DNA of 40,000 bases, from NCBI RefSeq assembly GCF_009914055.1, contig NZ_CP028271.1, positions 3,614,402 through 3,654,401 of the forward strand, written 5' to 3'. Positions 17,132 to 28,101 of the stretch are shown here, one piece after another. Position 1 is the stretch's first letter. Each line of letters starts with the position of its first letter. This DNA is from Mixta intestinalis. Lineage in GTDB: Bacteria; Pseudomonadota; Gammaproteobacteria; Enterobacterales; Enterobacteriaceae. Under the pieces are notes generated by a model, which was given only the letters and a program-made list of their open reading frames with translations, was not told where the DNA came from and searched no databases. Position numbers and translations under genes: made by a program.

Positions 17132-17383
17132 TTATTTCAGCAGAGGATCGAGCCCTTCACGACTATCCAGCGCGTAAAGATCGTCGCAGCCGCCAATGTG
17201 CTGCGCATCAATAAAAATCTGCGGCACGGTGGTGCGTCCGCTGCGCTTAATCATCTCTTCGCGCTTGTTCGCATCGCCATCAATAGGAATTTCCTGGAAA
17301 GCAACACCCTTCTGCGCCAGCAGCGCTTTTGCCCGATGGCAATAAGGACAGGTTGCTTTGGTATAAATCTCTACGTTAGCCAT
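17132..17383 (-). CDS. grxC: Glutaredoxin 3
   Basis: CPYC active site, 83 aa, conserved neighbourhood. Confidence 0.93.
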   Translation of the reverse strand: MANVEIYTKATCPYCHRAKALLAQKGVAFQEIPIDGDANKREEMIKRSGRTTVPQIFIDAQHIGGCDDLYALDSREGLDPLLK

Positions 17384-17400
17384 ATTCAGTACCTTTACGG

Positions 17401-17832
17401 TTATTTACCACGCACCAGCGGCAGATTTTCGCTGCTCCATCCGGCGACGCCATCTTTCAGCACGCTGACATGCTCGAAACCAGCCGCGTTCAGCTGAGCT
17501 GCCGATTCAAACGCAGAATTACCCGTCGCGCAAACTACAATTATGGGCTGTGCCTTATGCTTTTCCAGCTCGCCAAAGGTGCCCTTTTTAATATCTGCCG
17601 CCAGAATATTATGGGCGCCAGAAATATGACCTTTACGGAAATCGTCGCGGGAGCGGATATCCACAACAACCGCATCTTCCTTGTTAATCAGACGGGTGGC
17701 TTCTCCACGGCTGATGGCTTTAACTTTGGAAAACATGCCCTTAAATGTGGTCATGATTACCAAAACCAGCAACACGACCCATGCCAGACACAGAATGGGG
17801 TGATTGCTTGCGAATTGCATAAATTCTTGCAT
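17401..17832 (-). CDS. yibN: Rhodanese-domain inner-membrane protein YibN
   Basis: MQEFMQF... N-terminal TM helix, a rhodanese domain, and the C-terminus [16 protein letters not shown] as in E. coli YibN. An alternative TTG start lies at 17844. Confidence 0.85.
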   Translation of the reverse strand: MQEFMQFASNHPILCLAWVVLLVLVIMTTFKGMFSKVKAISRGEATRLINKEDAVVVDIRSRDDFRKGHISGAHNILAADIKKGTFGELEKHKAQPIIVVCATGNSAFESAAQLNAAGFEHVSVLKDGVAGWSSENLPLVRGK

Positions 17833-18213
17833 GAGGGGTAACAACTCCCGACAGGGTTAATAAGCGAAAATAAGGTTTCTGAGTATACCTGCGCCACCTC
17901 GCATGTACAGACGTGAAGCGGTCAGAGTTTCGTTTTCTGCCGCAGAAAAAGGAAAAAAATTGCCGCAGCGCAAACAAGACGGGAACGAAAGCCGAAAAAG
18001 GCACGGCAGAGGCCGCAATTATCCGCTAATGTCCTTTCAGGACAGAATTCAACCCACTCCCGGTATAACCATTGTGTTATTACAGCGCCTTTTGACATGA
18101 ACAGAAACGGAAAAGCGTCGTTGTTAACTGGCAAGCCGCTATTCATCGTGGAATAATCGGTTCTTATGAGGGAAAAAGCATCAATTTCATATTCATGGAC
18201 TTCAGGTAATTTT

Positions 18214-19473
18214 ATGGACAGTTACGCGCCATTACGCAGCAGCCTCTCTGCGCTTTCCGTCAGCCTGTTATGCGCTGGCGCGTTGCTGTTGCCGCTGTAT
18301 ACGCACGCAGCGGAAGATAATAAATCCCAGCTTAAGTCTATTCAGCAGAGTATTGCGGAAAAAGAGAAAAGCGTCCGCCTACAGAAAATTCAGCGCAGCA
18401 AGCTGCTGGATCAGCTGCAAAGCCAGGAGAAAATCATTGCCGAGGCGAGCCGTAAACTGCGGCAGACAGAGCAGTTACTGAGCCGCCTGAATAAAGAGAT
18501 CGCCACGCTAAACCGTTCTATCACCCAGCTGCAAAAGCGACAGAAACAGCAGGAAAGCCTGCTGGCCCAGCAGTTGGATGCCGCGTTTCGCCAGGGCAAG
18601 CACAGCGGACTGCAACTGTTGCTGAGCGGCGAAGAGAGCCAGCGCAACGAACGCATCCTGTCCTATTTCGGCTACCTCAACGAGGCACGCCAGAAAACCA
18701 TCGGTGAGCTACAGCAAACGCGGCACGATCTGGCAGCGCAAAAAGCCGACCTGCTGAATAAACAAAATCAGCAAAAATCCCTGTTAACAGAGCAGCAAAC
18801 CCAGCAGAAACGGCTGGAGCAGGCGCGCACGGCACGGAAAAAAACGCTGACATCTCTGGAAAACGCGCTGGAGAAAGATCAGGCCGATCTGGTAGAGATG
18901 CGTCAGAACGAAAGCCGCTTGCAGGATAAGATTGCACGCGCCGAACGCGAAGCAAAAGCCCGTGCCGAACGCGAAGCACGAGAAGCCGAGCAGGTGCGCA
19001 AGCGCCAGGCGCAGGCGAAAGCCAAAGGCTCTACTTATAAACCTACCGAAAGCGAACGCTCTCTGATGTCACGAACCGGCGGCCTGGGTCGTCCGGGTGG
19101 GCAGGCATTCTGGCCGGTACGTGGGCGGATTGAGCATCGTTTTGGCGAAACGCTACAGGGCGAGCTGCGCTGGAAAGGGCTGGTTATTAACGCCCCGGAA
19201 GGTGCAGAAGTGAAGGCCATAGCCGACGGACGCGTCCTGATGGCCGACTGGCTACAGGGATATGGTCTGGTAGTCGTGGTTGAACACGGTAAAGGTGACA
19301 TGAGTCTGTATGGCTATAATCAGAGCGCGCTGGTTCGCACCGGCGATCAGGTCAGAGCCGGACAACCTATTGCGCTGGTCGGTACCAGCGGCGGGCGCGG
19401 TACACCGTCGCTCTATTTTGAAATTCGTCGCCAGGGACAGGCGGTCAACCCACTCCCGTGGTTAGGAAAATAA
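18214..19473 (+). CDS. envC: Murein hydrolase activator EnvC (coiled coil plus degenerate LytM domain)
   Basis: QLKSIQ...coiled coil...TYKPTESE.SLMSRTGGLG, WPVRG, GYGLVVVVEHGKGDMSLYGYNQS. The start at 18214 gives 419 aa. The longest ORF starts at 18166. Confidence 0.9.
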   Translation: MDSYAPLRSSLSALSVSLLCAGALLLPLYTHAAEDNKSQLKSIQQSIAEKEKSVRLQKIQRSKLLDQLQSQEKIIAEASRKLRQTEQLLSRLNKEIATLNRSITQLQKRQKQQESLLAQQLDAAFRQGKHSGLQLLLSGEESQRNERILSYFGYLNEARQKTIGELQQTRHDLAAQKADLLNKQNQQKSLLTEQQTQQKRLEQARTARKKTLTSLENALEKDQADLVEMRQNESRLQDKIARAEREAKARAEREAREAEQVRKRQAQAKAKGSTYKPTESERSLMSRTGGLGRPGGQAFWPVRGRIEHRFGETLQGELRWKGLVINAPEGAEVKAIADGRVLMADWLQGYGLVVVVEHGKGDMSLYGYNQSALVRTGDQVRAGQPIALVGTSGGRGTPSLYFEIRRQGQAVNPLPWLGK

Positions 19474-20394
19474 GTGTTGTTTTCAGTAAAAAAAATCGCG
19501 GTGCTGCTGAGCGGCCTTCTGCTGGCTGCCTCGGTACATGCCGCAAAACTCGCTATCGTTATCGACGATTTCGGCTATCGCCCGCAGCAGGAAAATCAGG
19601 TATTACAAATGCCGAACGCGATATCGGTTGCGGTGCTGCCAAATGCTCCCCACGCACATGAGATGGCGACTAAAGCCCACCAGCGCGGTCACGAAGTGTT
19701 GATCCATCTTCCTATGGCACCGCTCAGCAAACAGCCGCTGGAGCGTGACACCCTGCAACCAGAGATGAGCGCCGAAGAAATTGCGCGCATCATCCGTAAT
19801 GCGGTGAATAACGTGCCCGGGGCCGTTGGTATGAACAACCATATGGGCAGTAAAATGACCTCCAGCCTGCCGGGTATGCTGAAGGTGATGCAGGTACTGG
19901 ATCACTACAATCTCTACTTTCTCGACAGCGTGACCATCGGTAACAGTCAGGCAACGCGCGCCGCCGCAGGTACGCGGGTAAAAGTAATTAAGCGCCGCGT
20001 ATTTCTTGATGATAACCAGAACGAGGCGGAGATTCGTAAGCAGTTTAACCGTGCGGTGCAGCTGGCACAGCGTAACGGCTCTGCTATCGCCATCGGTCAT
20101 CCGCATCCCACTACCGTACGCGTATTGCAACAGATGCTACCTGCCCTACCAGCTAACGTCACGCTGGTACGTCCCAGCCAGTTACTGAACGAGCCGCAAA
20201 TCGATCGGCCTGCGCCAATACCGGCACAGCCAGCGTCAAAGCCGCAACCAAAACCGCATAATCCGTTCCGCGGTATCGGCGTGTGTCGTGTAACGCAGCC
20301 GCTGGCACCGGTTCCGGCAACGCGCGCGATCGCCGTAGTGGCTGAGAGCATCCAACAGAGCCCACTGGTACAAAAAATAAGCAATCTGTTCTGA
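19474..20394 (+). CDS. yibQ: Divergent polysaccharide deacetylase family protein YibQ
   Basis: Signal peptide, LAIVIDDFGYR, HLPMAP, GMNNHMGS. GTG start immediately after the envC stop. Confidence 0.85.
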   Translation: MLFSVKKIAVLLSGLLLAASVHAAKLAIVIDDFGYRPQQENQVLQMPNAISVAVLPNAPHAHEMATKAHQRGHEVLIHLPMAPLSKQPLERDTLQPEMSAEEIARIIRNAVNNVPGAVGMNNHMGSKMTSSLPGMLKVMQVLDHYNLYFLDSVTIGNSQATRAAAGTRVKVIKRRVFLDDNQNEAEIRKQFNRAVQLAQRNGSAIAIGHPHPTTVRVLQQMLPALPANVTLVRPSQLLNEPQIDRPAPIPAQPASKPQPKPHNPFRGIGVCRVTQPLAPVPATRAIAVVAESIQQSPLVQKISNLF

Positions 20395-20479
20395 ACGGTT
20401 CAGCATCGTCAGGGCGACAGTTAATCTCTATAATGTTGCCCTGATCACTCCACCTTCGTGGGCGTAAGGATATCGCGCG

Positions 20480-21712
20480 ATGACGCAACCTCGACAAAAG
20501 ATCCTGTTGCTGGATAACGGTAGAGAATGGGGCGGTGGCACCAATAGTATGCTGGAGCTGCTTAAGCGAATCGATCGCGCTCGTTTTGATGTTACCTGCT
20601 GTTTTTATTACAACTACCAGCGTGGTGAAGGTGAAACTATTCAATCGGTGCTGAACAAACTTGGCATTCCGGTCATCTTTATTCCGCAGCCCACGCAGCC
20701 GCGCTCTGCCAAATTGCAAAAAGAGCTGCTGCGTTCGCTGCTGTTTTTCAGCCGTGCGTTGAAAAAGCGCGTTGTTGATAAGGTCGATCGCCACTGGCGC
20801 GTTGAACCAAACGCGCGCAGACTGCGTGAGCTTTTGCAACAGGGCGGCTATGATACGCTTTATATGAATAACCAGCCCAGTACCAATGTCGAAGGCTATC
20901 TGGCCGTGCAGGATCTGCCGGTTGGCCTGGTACAGCACTGCCGTATTGAGCCGCAGCTGGATAAACGGCTGGTCAAAATGATTAATCAGCGCGCTGATGT
21001 GGTTATCGCCGTCTCCCACGGCGTTAACCAGACGCTACGCGCCCACGGCGTGGATGCGGCACGCTGTTTTACCGTTTCTAACGCCATTGATATCCACCAG
21101 CCGCTGCCCGATCGCAGTACGGTACGTGCTCGCCTCAATCTGCCGTCAGACAGCTTTTTGTTTGGCAGTATCGGCTCGCTGATCCCGCGTAAGGCCACGC
21201 ATCATACTCTCCAGGCACTGAGCGCCTTTCGTCGCGCCTGTCCGCAGGTCAACTGGCATATGGTGATCGTTGGCGCTGGCCCGCAGCTGGAGGACCTGCA
21301 ACGGCTGGCAGCGCGTGAAGGTATTGCCGATCGCGTGATTTTCACCGGCTTTCGCAATAATGCGCTCGATTATCTGGCGGCGATGGATGTCTTCGTCCTT
21401 GCCTCACGCAGTGAGGGCCTGCCGCGCGTGGTGCTGGAAGCAATGCTGGTCAATACGGCAGTGATCGGCTCAAAGGTGGTCGGTACCACCGAACTGGTCG
21501 ATGATGGGCGCACCGGGCTATTGTTTAACTATGGCGATACGGCACAGCTCTGCACCCATATGCAGGCGCTCAGTCAGAATCACCAGCTGCGCCAGCGGTT
21601 GATTGCCCAGGCTAACGCCAATGTCAAAGAACACTATGCTATTGAGCATTATGTCGCAGGGGTTGAAGCCCTGCTGCACAGCGTAACCAGGAAAACTGAA
21701 CCGCATGCTTAA
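20480..21712 (+). CDS. Family 4 (GT-B) glycosyltransferase
   Basis: N-terminal GGG..NSMLEL and a C-terminal E-x7-E region (SRSEGLPRVVLEAM). Confidence 0.8.
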   Translation: MTQPRQKILLLDNGREWGGGTNSMLELLKRIDRARFDVTCCFYYNYQRGEGETIQSVLNKLGIPVIFIPQPTQPRSAKLQKELLRSLLFFSRALKKRVVDKVDRHWRVEPNARRLRELLQQGGYDTLYMNNQPSTNVEGYLAVQDLPVGLVQHCRIEPQLDKRLVKMINQRADVVIAVSHGVNQTLRAHGVDAARCFTVSNAIDIHQPLPDRSTVRARLNLPSDSFLFGSIGSLIPRKATHHTLQALSAFRRACPQVNWHMVIVGAGPQLEDLQRLAAREGIADRVIFTGFRNNALDYLAAMDVFVLASRSEGLPRVVLEAMLVNTAVIGSKVVGTTELVDDGRTGLLFNYGDTAQLCTHMQALSQNHQLRQRLIAQANANVKEHYAIEHYVAGVEALLHSVTRKTEPHA

Positions 21713-22613
21713 CTTCCTTAATCCACGATACCGTTATATTCAGTCGCGCCATAATATTCCCTATACCAGGCCAGAGTCGCAGGGCGACGTGCCGGTAACT
21801 TCGGTAGTTATTCCCTGTACCGGCACCGATTTTATCGAAGAGGCCGAGCTAAGCGCGCAGTTTGCCGCACGTTATACCGATCGTGTCGAAGAGATTGTTA
21901 TCGTCAGCGATCAGCCCGCCGAACGGTTTTGTCATCTGCCGGAAAAAGCGCGCGTGGTGACATTGCAGGTCGCGGAACGGGAAGAAAGCTATCGCTACAA
22001 GCAGATTTACCGCAGCCGCCTGATTAAACTTCAGGCACCGTTGCAGGCTCGTACCGAAGGGATTTTGATGATCGATTCCGATCTCAACCTGTTAAAAATG
22101 CCGGATATCCGGATGAACAATGACCACATTTACTCCAGCTTCCGTCAGGGGAAAATGATTGCCAAGCTGGATAACGCCCCGGCGGAAAACCGTCCCGCCT
22201 ACTATTCCGGTACGGTGCGTCCTTACCTGATCGATCATGTGAACGGCGCATTTCTGGCCGCGACGCGCCAGACATGGAAGCGTATCTGCCCGCTCTGGCT
22301 GACGCTGTTTCAGGATACCTGGGAATTAATGGATGATTCACAACCGCCAACCGATCAGCTACCGCTGGCCGCCCTGCTGGATCTGCTGGATCTCAAAACC
22401 ATCAACCTCGGTGAGTGGATGAACTGGCCGGTTTCCAAGCGGATCGGCGGTCATGAAGCGGTTATTCCCAAAGAAGTGATCGGCGCGCACGGCGGTTTCC
22501 CGCTGTCCGAGTGGCAGAAATACCTGCAATCCCCCGACACGCCGCTGCTGTTTAAAGGCCAGGATTACACGCGCAAAGTGCGCTATCTGACCGACGCGGA
22601 GAAAAAGCAGTAA
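21705..22613 (+). CDS. Uncharacterised protein, possibly a GT-A-like nucleotide-sugar transferase
   Basis: 302-aa ORF overlapping the GT4 stop by 8 nt. VVIPCTG...IVIVSD and MIDSDL (DxD-like) hint at a GT-A fold. No confident family match. Confidence 0.55.
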   Translation: MLNFLNPRYRYIQSRHNIPYTRPESQGDVPVTSVVIPCTGTDFIEEAELSAQFAARYTDRVEEIVIVSDQPAERFCHLPEKARVVTLQVAEREESYRYKQIYRSRLIKLQAPLQARTEGILMIDSDLNLLKMPDIRMNNDHIYSSFRQGKMIAKLDNAPAENRPAYYSGTVRPYLIDHVNGAFLAATRQTWKRICPLWLTLFQDTWELMDDSQPPTDQLPLAALLDLLDLKTINLGEWMNWPVSKRIGGHEAVIPKEVIGAHGGFPLSEWQKYLQSPDTPLLFKGQDYTRKVRYLTDAEKKQ

Positions 22614-22618
22614 TTATC

Positions 22619-22648
22619 CGGTAGCCCGCTATGAACAGCGGGCTACCG
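22619..22648. terminator. 12-bp hairpin between convergent genes
   Basis: CGGTAGCCCGCT / AGCGGGCTACCG with a 6-nt loop. There is no clear U-tract on either strand. Confidence 0.45.
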
Positions 22649-22657
22649 CTACAGGGA

Positions 22658-23686
22658 TTAATCCCAGCTCAGCACGACCTTGCCGGAACGCCCGGAACGC
22701 ATCTCATCAAAGCCTTGCTGGAACTCATCAATATGGTAGCGATGGGTAATCATCGGCGTCAGATCCAGCCCCGACTGAATTAATGCAGCCATCTTGTACC
22801 AGGTTTCAAACATTTCCCGTCCATATATTCCTTTGATAAACAACCCCTTGAAAATAACCTGATTCCAGTCAATCGCCATATCCGACGGCGGTATTCCCAG
22901 CAGCGCGATACGCCCGCCGTGATTCATCGCCTCCAGCATTGAACGGAATGCGGACGGCACGCCAGACATCTCCAGCCCCACATCGAAGCCCTCCGTCATG
23001 CCCAGCTCATTCATCACCTGCGACAGCGATTCCTTGCTGACATCAACCGCACGCGTAACGCCCATTTTCCGCGCCAGCTCCAGACGCCAGGCATTGACAT
23101 CGGTAATAACGACATGACGTGCGCCAACATGCTTACACACCGCTGCCGCCATAATACCGATCGGCCCGGCACCGGTAATCAGGACATCTTCACCCACCAG
23201 ATCGAACGAGAGCGCGGTATGTACCGCATTGCCGAAGGGATCGAAAATGGCCGCCAGCTCATCGGGAATATTGTCGGGAATTTTGAACGCGTTAAATGCC
23301 GGGATTACCAGATACTCAGCGAAGCAGCCCTGACGATTGACGCCAACGCCTACGGTGTTACGGCAAAGATGGGTACGTCCGGCGCGACAGTTGCGGCAGT
23401 GCCCGCAGGTAATATGGCCTTCACCAGAAACGCGATCGCCAATGGAAAATCCTTTCACTTCCTGACCAATCGCCACAACTTCACCAACATATTCATGCCC
23501 AACGATCATCGGCACCGGAATCGTTTTTTGTGACCATTCATCCCAGTTATAGATATGAATATCGGTGCCGCAGATAGCGGTTTTGCGAATTTTAATCAGC
23601 AGATCGTTATGGCCAGGTTCCGGAATGGGCGCATCGGTCACCATCCAAATCCCTTCTGCCGCCTTGAGTTTTGCCAGTGCTTTCAT
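22658..23686 (-). CDS. tdh: L-threonine 3-dehydrogenase
   Basis: Near-collinear with E. coli Tdh (MKALAKLKA...GHEYVGEVV...GKVVLSWD). Confidence 0.95.
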   Translation of the reverse strand: MKALAKLKAAEGIWMVTDAPIPEPGHNDLLIKIRKTAICGTDIHIYNWDEWSQKTIPVPMIVGHEYVGEVVAIGQEVKGFSIGDRVSGEGHITCGHCRNCRAGRTHLCRNTVGVGVNRQGCFAEYLVIPAFNAFKIPDNIPDELAAIFDPFGNAVHTALSFDLVGEDVLITGAGPIGIMAAAVCKHVGARHVVITDVNAWRLELARKMGVTRAVDVSKESLSQVMNELGMTEGFDVGLEMSGVPSAFRSMLEAMNHGGRIALLGIPPSDMAIDWNQVIFKGLFIKGIYGREMFETWYKMAALIQSGLDLTPMITHRYHIDEFQQGFDEMRSGRSGKVVLSWD

Positions 23687-23697
23687 AACCGTTCTCC

Positions 23698-24894
23698 TCA
23701 GGCGATAACGCCCAGCTGTTTGCCGATGCGCGTGAACGCTTCTACCGCACGCTCAAGTTGCTGATGCGTATGGCCCGCTGAAATCTGCGTACGGATACGC
23801 GCCTGCCCTTTGGGCACCACCGGATAGAAGAAGCCGGTTACGTAAATACCTTCATCCTGCAACAGGCGGGCAAACTCCTGCGCTACTTTTGCCTCGCCCA
23901 GCATCACCGGAATAATGGCGTGATCGGCACCCGCCAGGGTAAAGCCCGCGTTGGTCATCGCCTCGCGGAAATAGCGTGCGTTTTCCCATAGCCGCTGGCG
24001 TAACCCGTCACCCTCGCTCAACATTGTCAGCACGCGCAGCGATGCGTTGACAATCGCCGGGGCCAGCGAGTTAGAGAACAGATAGGGGCGGGAGCGCTGC
24101 CGCAGCCATTCCACCACCTCTTTTTTCGCTGCGGTATAGCCGCCGGAAGCGCCGCCCAGCGCCTTGCCCAGCGTACCGGTAATAATATCGACGCGCCCCA
24201 TAACCCCGCAGTACTCATGGGTACCGCGTCCGTTGTCGCCAACAAAGCCCACCGCGTGGGAATCATCCACCATCACCAGCGCATCAAACTCATCGGCCAG
24301 ATCGCAAATGCCACGCAGGTTGGCGATAACGCCATCCATAGAGAAAACGCCGTCGGTAGCAATAAGAATATGGCGGGCACCGGCACGGCGCGCCTCTTCC
24401 AGCCGCTCGCGCAGCTCTTTCATATCGTTATTGGCGTAGCGATAGCGCTGCGCCTTACACAGACGTACGCCATCGATAATCGAGGCATGATTCAATGCAT
24501 CGGAGATCACCGCATCTTCCGGCCCCAACAGCGTTTCAAACAGGCCTCCGTTGGCATCGAAACAGGAAGAGTAAAGAATGGCATCTTCCATTCCAAGAAA
24601 CTCGGCCAGCTGCTGCTCCAGCTGTTTATGGATATCCTGCGTGCCGCAGATAAAGCGCACCGACGCCATGCCAAAACCGTGGCTGTCCATGCCTTCCTTT
24701 GCCGCCAGCACCAGCGCCGGATGGTTCGCCAGCCCCAGATAGTTATTGGCGCAGAAGTTAACCACTTCCTGTCCTTCGCCGATGCGGATATCGGCCTGCT
24801 GGGCCGAGGTAATAATTCGTTCCTGTTTAAACAGCCCTTCCTGTTGCGTCACCGCAAGCTGTTCATTAATTTGACGATAAAAATCTGCAGGCAT
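23698..24894 (-). CDS. kbl: 2-amino-3-ketobutyrate CoA ligase (glycine C-acetyltransferase)
   Basis: PLP enzyme with the TLGKALGG lysine motif. tdh lies immediately downstream, as in the kbl-tdh operon. Confidence 0.95.
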   Translation of the reverse strand: MPADFYRQINEQLAVTQQEGLFKQERIITSAQQADIRIGEGQEVVNFCANNYLGLANHPALVLAAKEGMDSHGFGMASVRFICGTQDIHKQLEQQLAEFLGMEDAILYSSCFDANGGLFETLLGPEDAVISDALNHASIIDGVRLCKAQRYRYANNDMKELRERLEEARRAGARHILIATDGVFSMDGVIANLRGICDLADEFDALVMVDDSHAVGFVGDNGRGTHEYCGVMGRVDIITGTLGKALGGASGGYTAAKKEVVEWLRQRSRPYLFSNSLAPAIVNASLRVLTMLSEGDGLRQRLWENARYFREAMTNAGFTLAGADHAIIPVMLGEAKVAQEFARLLQDEGIYVTGFFYPVVPKGQARIRTQISAGHTHQQLERAVEAFTRIGKQLGVIA

Positions 24895-25120
24895 TTTTAT
24901 TCTCCGTTACCGGCTTACTGTCGGCACATCATACTGAACACCCGCCTTTCACACGATAATCTGCACAACAGAATGTGAATTTTGCAGCAGATATCACGGC
25001 TGACCAGAAGTTACATTCCGTAACGGACACCTCTGGCTGCCTGCACGCCAATGAAATGTTATGATAATGCTTATTTAGGCGTGGAGCCCTTCGCTCCGCC
25101 TCACTGTTAAGGTTAAACAC

Positions 25121-26053
25121 ATGATTATTGTGACTGGCGGCGCCGGTATGATCGGCAGCAATATTGTTAAAGCGCTGAATGATGAAGGCATTACCGATAT
25201 CCTGGTGGTGGATAACCTGAAAGACGGCACCAAGTTCGTCAATCTGGTCGATCTCGACATCATCGATTACATGGATAAAGAGGATTTCATCGCCAGTATT
25301 ATGGCCGGTGACGATCTGGGCGATATCGATGCGGTATTCCATGAAGGTGCCTGCTCCGCCACTACCGAGTGGGACGGCAAGTACATGATGGATAACAACT
25401 ATCAGTACTCAAAAGAACTGCTGCATTTCTGCCTGGAACGCGAAATTCCGTTCCTCTACGCTTCCTCCGCTGCAACGTACGGCGGGCGTAACGATAATTT
25501 TATTGAAGAGCGTCGCTATGAGCAGCCGCTGAATGTTTACGGCTACTCTAAAATGCTGTTTGACCACTACGTGCGCCAGATCCTACCGGAAGCGAATTCC
25601 CAGGTTTGCGGCTTCCGCTATTTCAACGTTTACGGGCCGCGCGAAGGTCACAAAGGCAGCATGGCAAGCGTTGCTTTCCATCTCAATACCCAGCTCAATA
25701 ACGGTGAAAATCCCAAGCTGTTTGAAGGCAGCGACGGCTTCAAACGTGATTTTATTCACGTTAGCGATGTGGCAGCAGTGAACCTGTGGTTCTGGAAAAA
25801 CGGTGTTTCCGGTATTTTCAACTGCGGTACCGGGCGTGCCGAATCTTTCCAGGCGGTAGCGGACGCCGCGCTCGCCTTCCATCAGAAAGGTGCTATCGAA
25901 TACATTCCTTTCCCGGAAAAACTGAAAGGACGCTATCAGGCCTTCACCAAAGCGGATCTCACCAAGCTGCGTGCGGCGGGCTACGATAAACCGTTCAAAA
26001 CCGTAGCTGAAGGCGTGGCTGACTATATGGCCTGGCTCAACCGCGACGCATAA
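25121..26053 (+). CDS. hldD: ADP-L-glycero-D-manno-heptose 6-epimerase
   Basis: [16 protein letters not shown]ossmann motif, YGYSK catalytic motif, 310 aa. Confidence 0.95.
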   Translation: MIIVTGGAGMIGSNIVKALNDEGITDILVVDNLKDGTKFVNLVDLDIIDYMDKEDFIASIMAGDDLGDIDAVFHEGACSATTEWDGKYMMDNNYQYSKELLHFCLEREIPFLYASSAATYGGRNDNFIEERRYEQPLNVYGYSKMLFDHYVRQILPEANSQVCGFRYFNVYGPREGHKGSMASVAFHLNTQLNNGENPKLFEGSDGFKRDFIHVSDVAAVNLWFWKNGVSGIFNCGTGRAESFQAVADAALAFHQKGAIEYIPFPEKLKGRYQAFTKADLTKLRAAGYDKPFKTVAEGVADYMAWLNRDA

Positions 26054-26074
26054 TCACAAGGAAGGCGCACCGGC

Positions 26075-27124
26075 ATGAAAATACTGGTAATCGGCCCCTC
26101 ATGGGTCGGCGATATGATGATGTCGCAAAGTCTCTATCGCACGCTAAAGGCCGAACATCCTGATGCCGTAATCGATGTGATGGCACCGGCGTGGTGCCGT
26201 CCGTTGCTGTCGCGTATGCCGGAAGTTAACGATGCGCTGGCGATGCCGCTGGGCCATGGCGCACTGGCGCTGGGCGAGCGCTATCGTTTAGGCAAGGCGC
26301 TGCGCGATAAGCATTATCAGCGTGCTTTTGTGCTGCCCGGCTCGTTTAAATCAGCGCTGGTGCCCTTCTTCGCCGGTATTCCACGGCGCACCGGCTGGCG
26401 TGGCGAGATGCGTTACGGCCTGTTAAACGACCTGCGCAAGCTGGACAAACCGGCGTTTCCTCTGATGGTGGAGCGTTACGTTGCGCTGGCCTATGACAAA
26501 ACCCGCATTAACAGCGCGCGTGATTTACCGCAGCCCCTACTGTGGCCGCGCCTGCGCGTTGAGCAGTATGAGATGCTGGATACCGCCGCGCAGTTTGCGC
26601 TCTTATCCGAGCGTCCCATTATTGGTTTCTGTCCGGGGGCAGAATTTGGCCCGGCTAAGCGCTGGCCGCACTATCACTACGCTACGCTGGCGCAGCAGCT
26701 GATTAGCGCTGGCTATCAGATAGTGCTGTTCGGCTCCGCAAAAGATAATGAAACTGGCGAGCAGATTCGCCAGACGCTGAGCGAAGCCGATCGTTCCCAC
26801 TGCCGTAATCTGGCAGGCAAAACGCAGCTGGAGCAGGCAGTGATCTTACTGGCGCATTGTGCAGCAGTGGTCACGAATGATTCAGGTTTGATGCATGTCG
26901 CCGCCGCGCTTAACCGCCCGCTGGTAGCACTGTACGGCCCCAGCAGCCCAGATTTTACTCCGCCGCTGTCACAGCAGGCACGCGTGATCCGCCTGATTAC
27001 CGGCTATCACAAAGTACGCAAAGGTGATGCGGAGCAGGGCTACCATCAAAGCCTGATCGATATCCAGCCCGAACGTGTTATGGAAGAGCTGCAAACTTTA
27101 CTGAGCCAGCAGGAGCACGCATGA
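26075..27124 (+). CDS. waaF: ADP-heptose:LPS heptosyltransferase II
   Basis: GT9: MKILVIGPSWVGDMMMSQ..., NDSGLMHVAAAL. Position follows hldD. Confidence 0.92.
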   Translation: MKILVIGPSWVGDMMMSQSLYRTLKAEHPDAVIDVMAPAWCRPLLSRMPEVNDALAMPLGHGALALGERYRLGKALRDKHYQRAFVLPGSFKSALVPFFAGIPRRTGWRGEMRYGLLNDLRKLDKPAFPLMVERYVALAYDKTRINSARDLPQPLLWPRLRVEQYEMLDTAAQFALLSERPIIGFCPGAEFGPAKRWPHYHYATLAQQLISAGYQIVLFGSAKDNETGEQIRQTLSEADRSHCRNLAGKTQLEQAVILLAHCAAVVTNDSGLMHVAAALNRPLVALYGPSSPDFTPPLSQQARVIRLITGYHKVRKGDAEQGYHQSLIDIQPERVMEELQTLLSQQEHA

Positions 27125-28101
27125 AGGTGCTGATTGTAAAAACCTCCTCAATGGGGGACGTGCTTCATACGTTACCTGCACTCACCGACGCGATGCAGGC
27201 AATACCCACGGTGCGTTTTGACTGGGTTGTGGAGGAAAATTTCGCGCAAATTCCTTCCTGGCATCCGGCCGTCGATCGCGTCTTACCCGTTGCTATACGT
27301 CGCTGGCGTAAGCACTGGTTTGGCAACCAGCAGCGAGAAGAGCGTGTACGTTTCAGGCAGGCATTGCAGTCACATGAATATGATGTGGTCATTGATGCAC
27401 AGGGGCTGATAAAAAGCGCGGCGCTGGTAACGCGTCTGGCAAAAGGCATTAAGCACGGGCAGGACAGCCGCAGCGCGCGCGAGCCATTCGCCAGCTGGTG
27501 GTATGACAAGCGTCATGAAATCAGTAAACAACAGCATGCGGTAGAGCGTACCCGCGAGCTGTTTGCTAAAAGCCTCGGTTATGAAAAACCGCAGACGCCG
27601 GGCGACTACGCCATCGCTTCCCATTTTCTGGCGAACCCGCCAGCCGACGCTAATCGCTATCTGGTTTTTTTACACGCTACCACGCGTGAAAATAAACACT
27701 GGCCGGAAGATCACTGGCGCAGGTTGATTGAACTACTGGCACCGAGCGGATTGCAGATTAAACTTCCCTGGGGAGCCGAGCACGAACACCAAAGGGCTCA
27801 GCGCCTGGCGGCAGGCTTTAATCATGTAGAAGTCTTGCCTAAGCTAACGCTGGAGCAGGTTGCACGCACGCTGGCGGGTGCAAAAGCTGTCGTCTCGGTA
27901 GATACCGGGCTGAGCCATCTTACCGCCGCGCTCGATCGCCCAAACATTACCCTATATGGCCCAACAGACCCGGGGCTGATCGGTGGTTATGGCTTGAATC
28001 AGCAAGCGCTTCGCGCCCCTGAGAACGGCAATATGGCCACGATAAGTGCTGATATGGTGCAGCAGGCGCTACAGCCTTTATTACATGCGGAAATTTTATG
28101 A
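27121..28101 (+). CDS. waaC: ADP-heptose:LPS heptosyltransferase I
   Basis: GT9: MKVLIVKTSSMGDVLHTLPALTD, VDTGLSHLTAAL. ATGA overlap with waaF. Confidence 0.92.
   Translation: MKVLIVKTSSMGDVLHTLPALTDAMQAIPTVRFDWVVEENFAQIPSWHPAVDRVLPVAIRRWRKHWFGNQQREERVRFRQALQSHEYDVVIDAQGLIKSAALVTRLAKGIKHGQDSRSAREPFASWWYDKRHEISKQQHAVERTRELFAKSLGYEKPQTPGDYAIASHFLANPPADANRYLVFLHATTRENKHWPEDHWRRLIELLAPSGLQIKLPWGAEHEHQRAQRLAAGFNHVEVLPKLTLEQVARTLAGAKAVVSVDTGLSHLTAALDRPNITLYGPTDPGLIGGYGLNQQALRAPENGNMATISADMVQQALQPLLHAEIL

Noticed and set aside
20159-21019. 286-aa minus-strand ORF
   Set aside because: It is antisense to the yibQ 3' end and the GT4 gene. It crosses an intergenic region with no start context and has no recognisable domain.
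24217-24978. 253-aa plus-strand ORF
   Set aside because: It is antisense to kbl, which is near-identical to the E. coli enzyme.
24929-25342. 137-aa minus-strand ORF
   Set aside because: It is antisense to the hldD 5' end and the promoter region.
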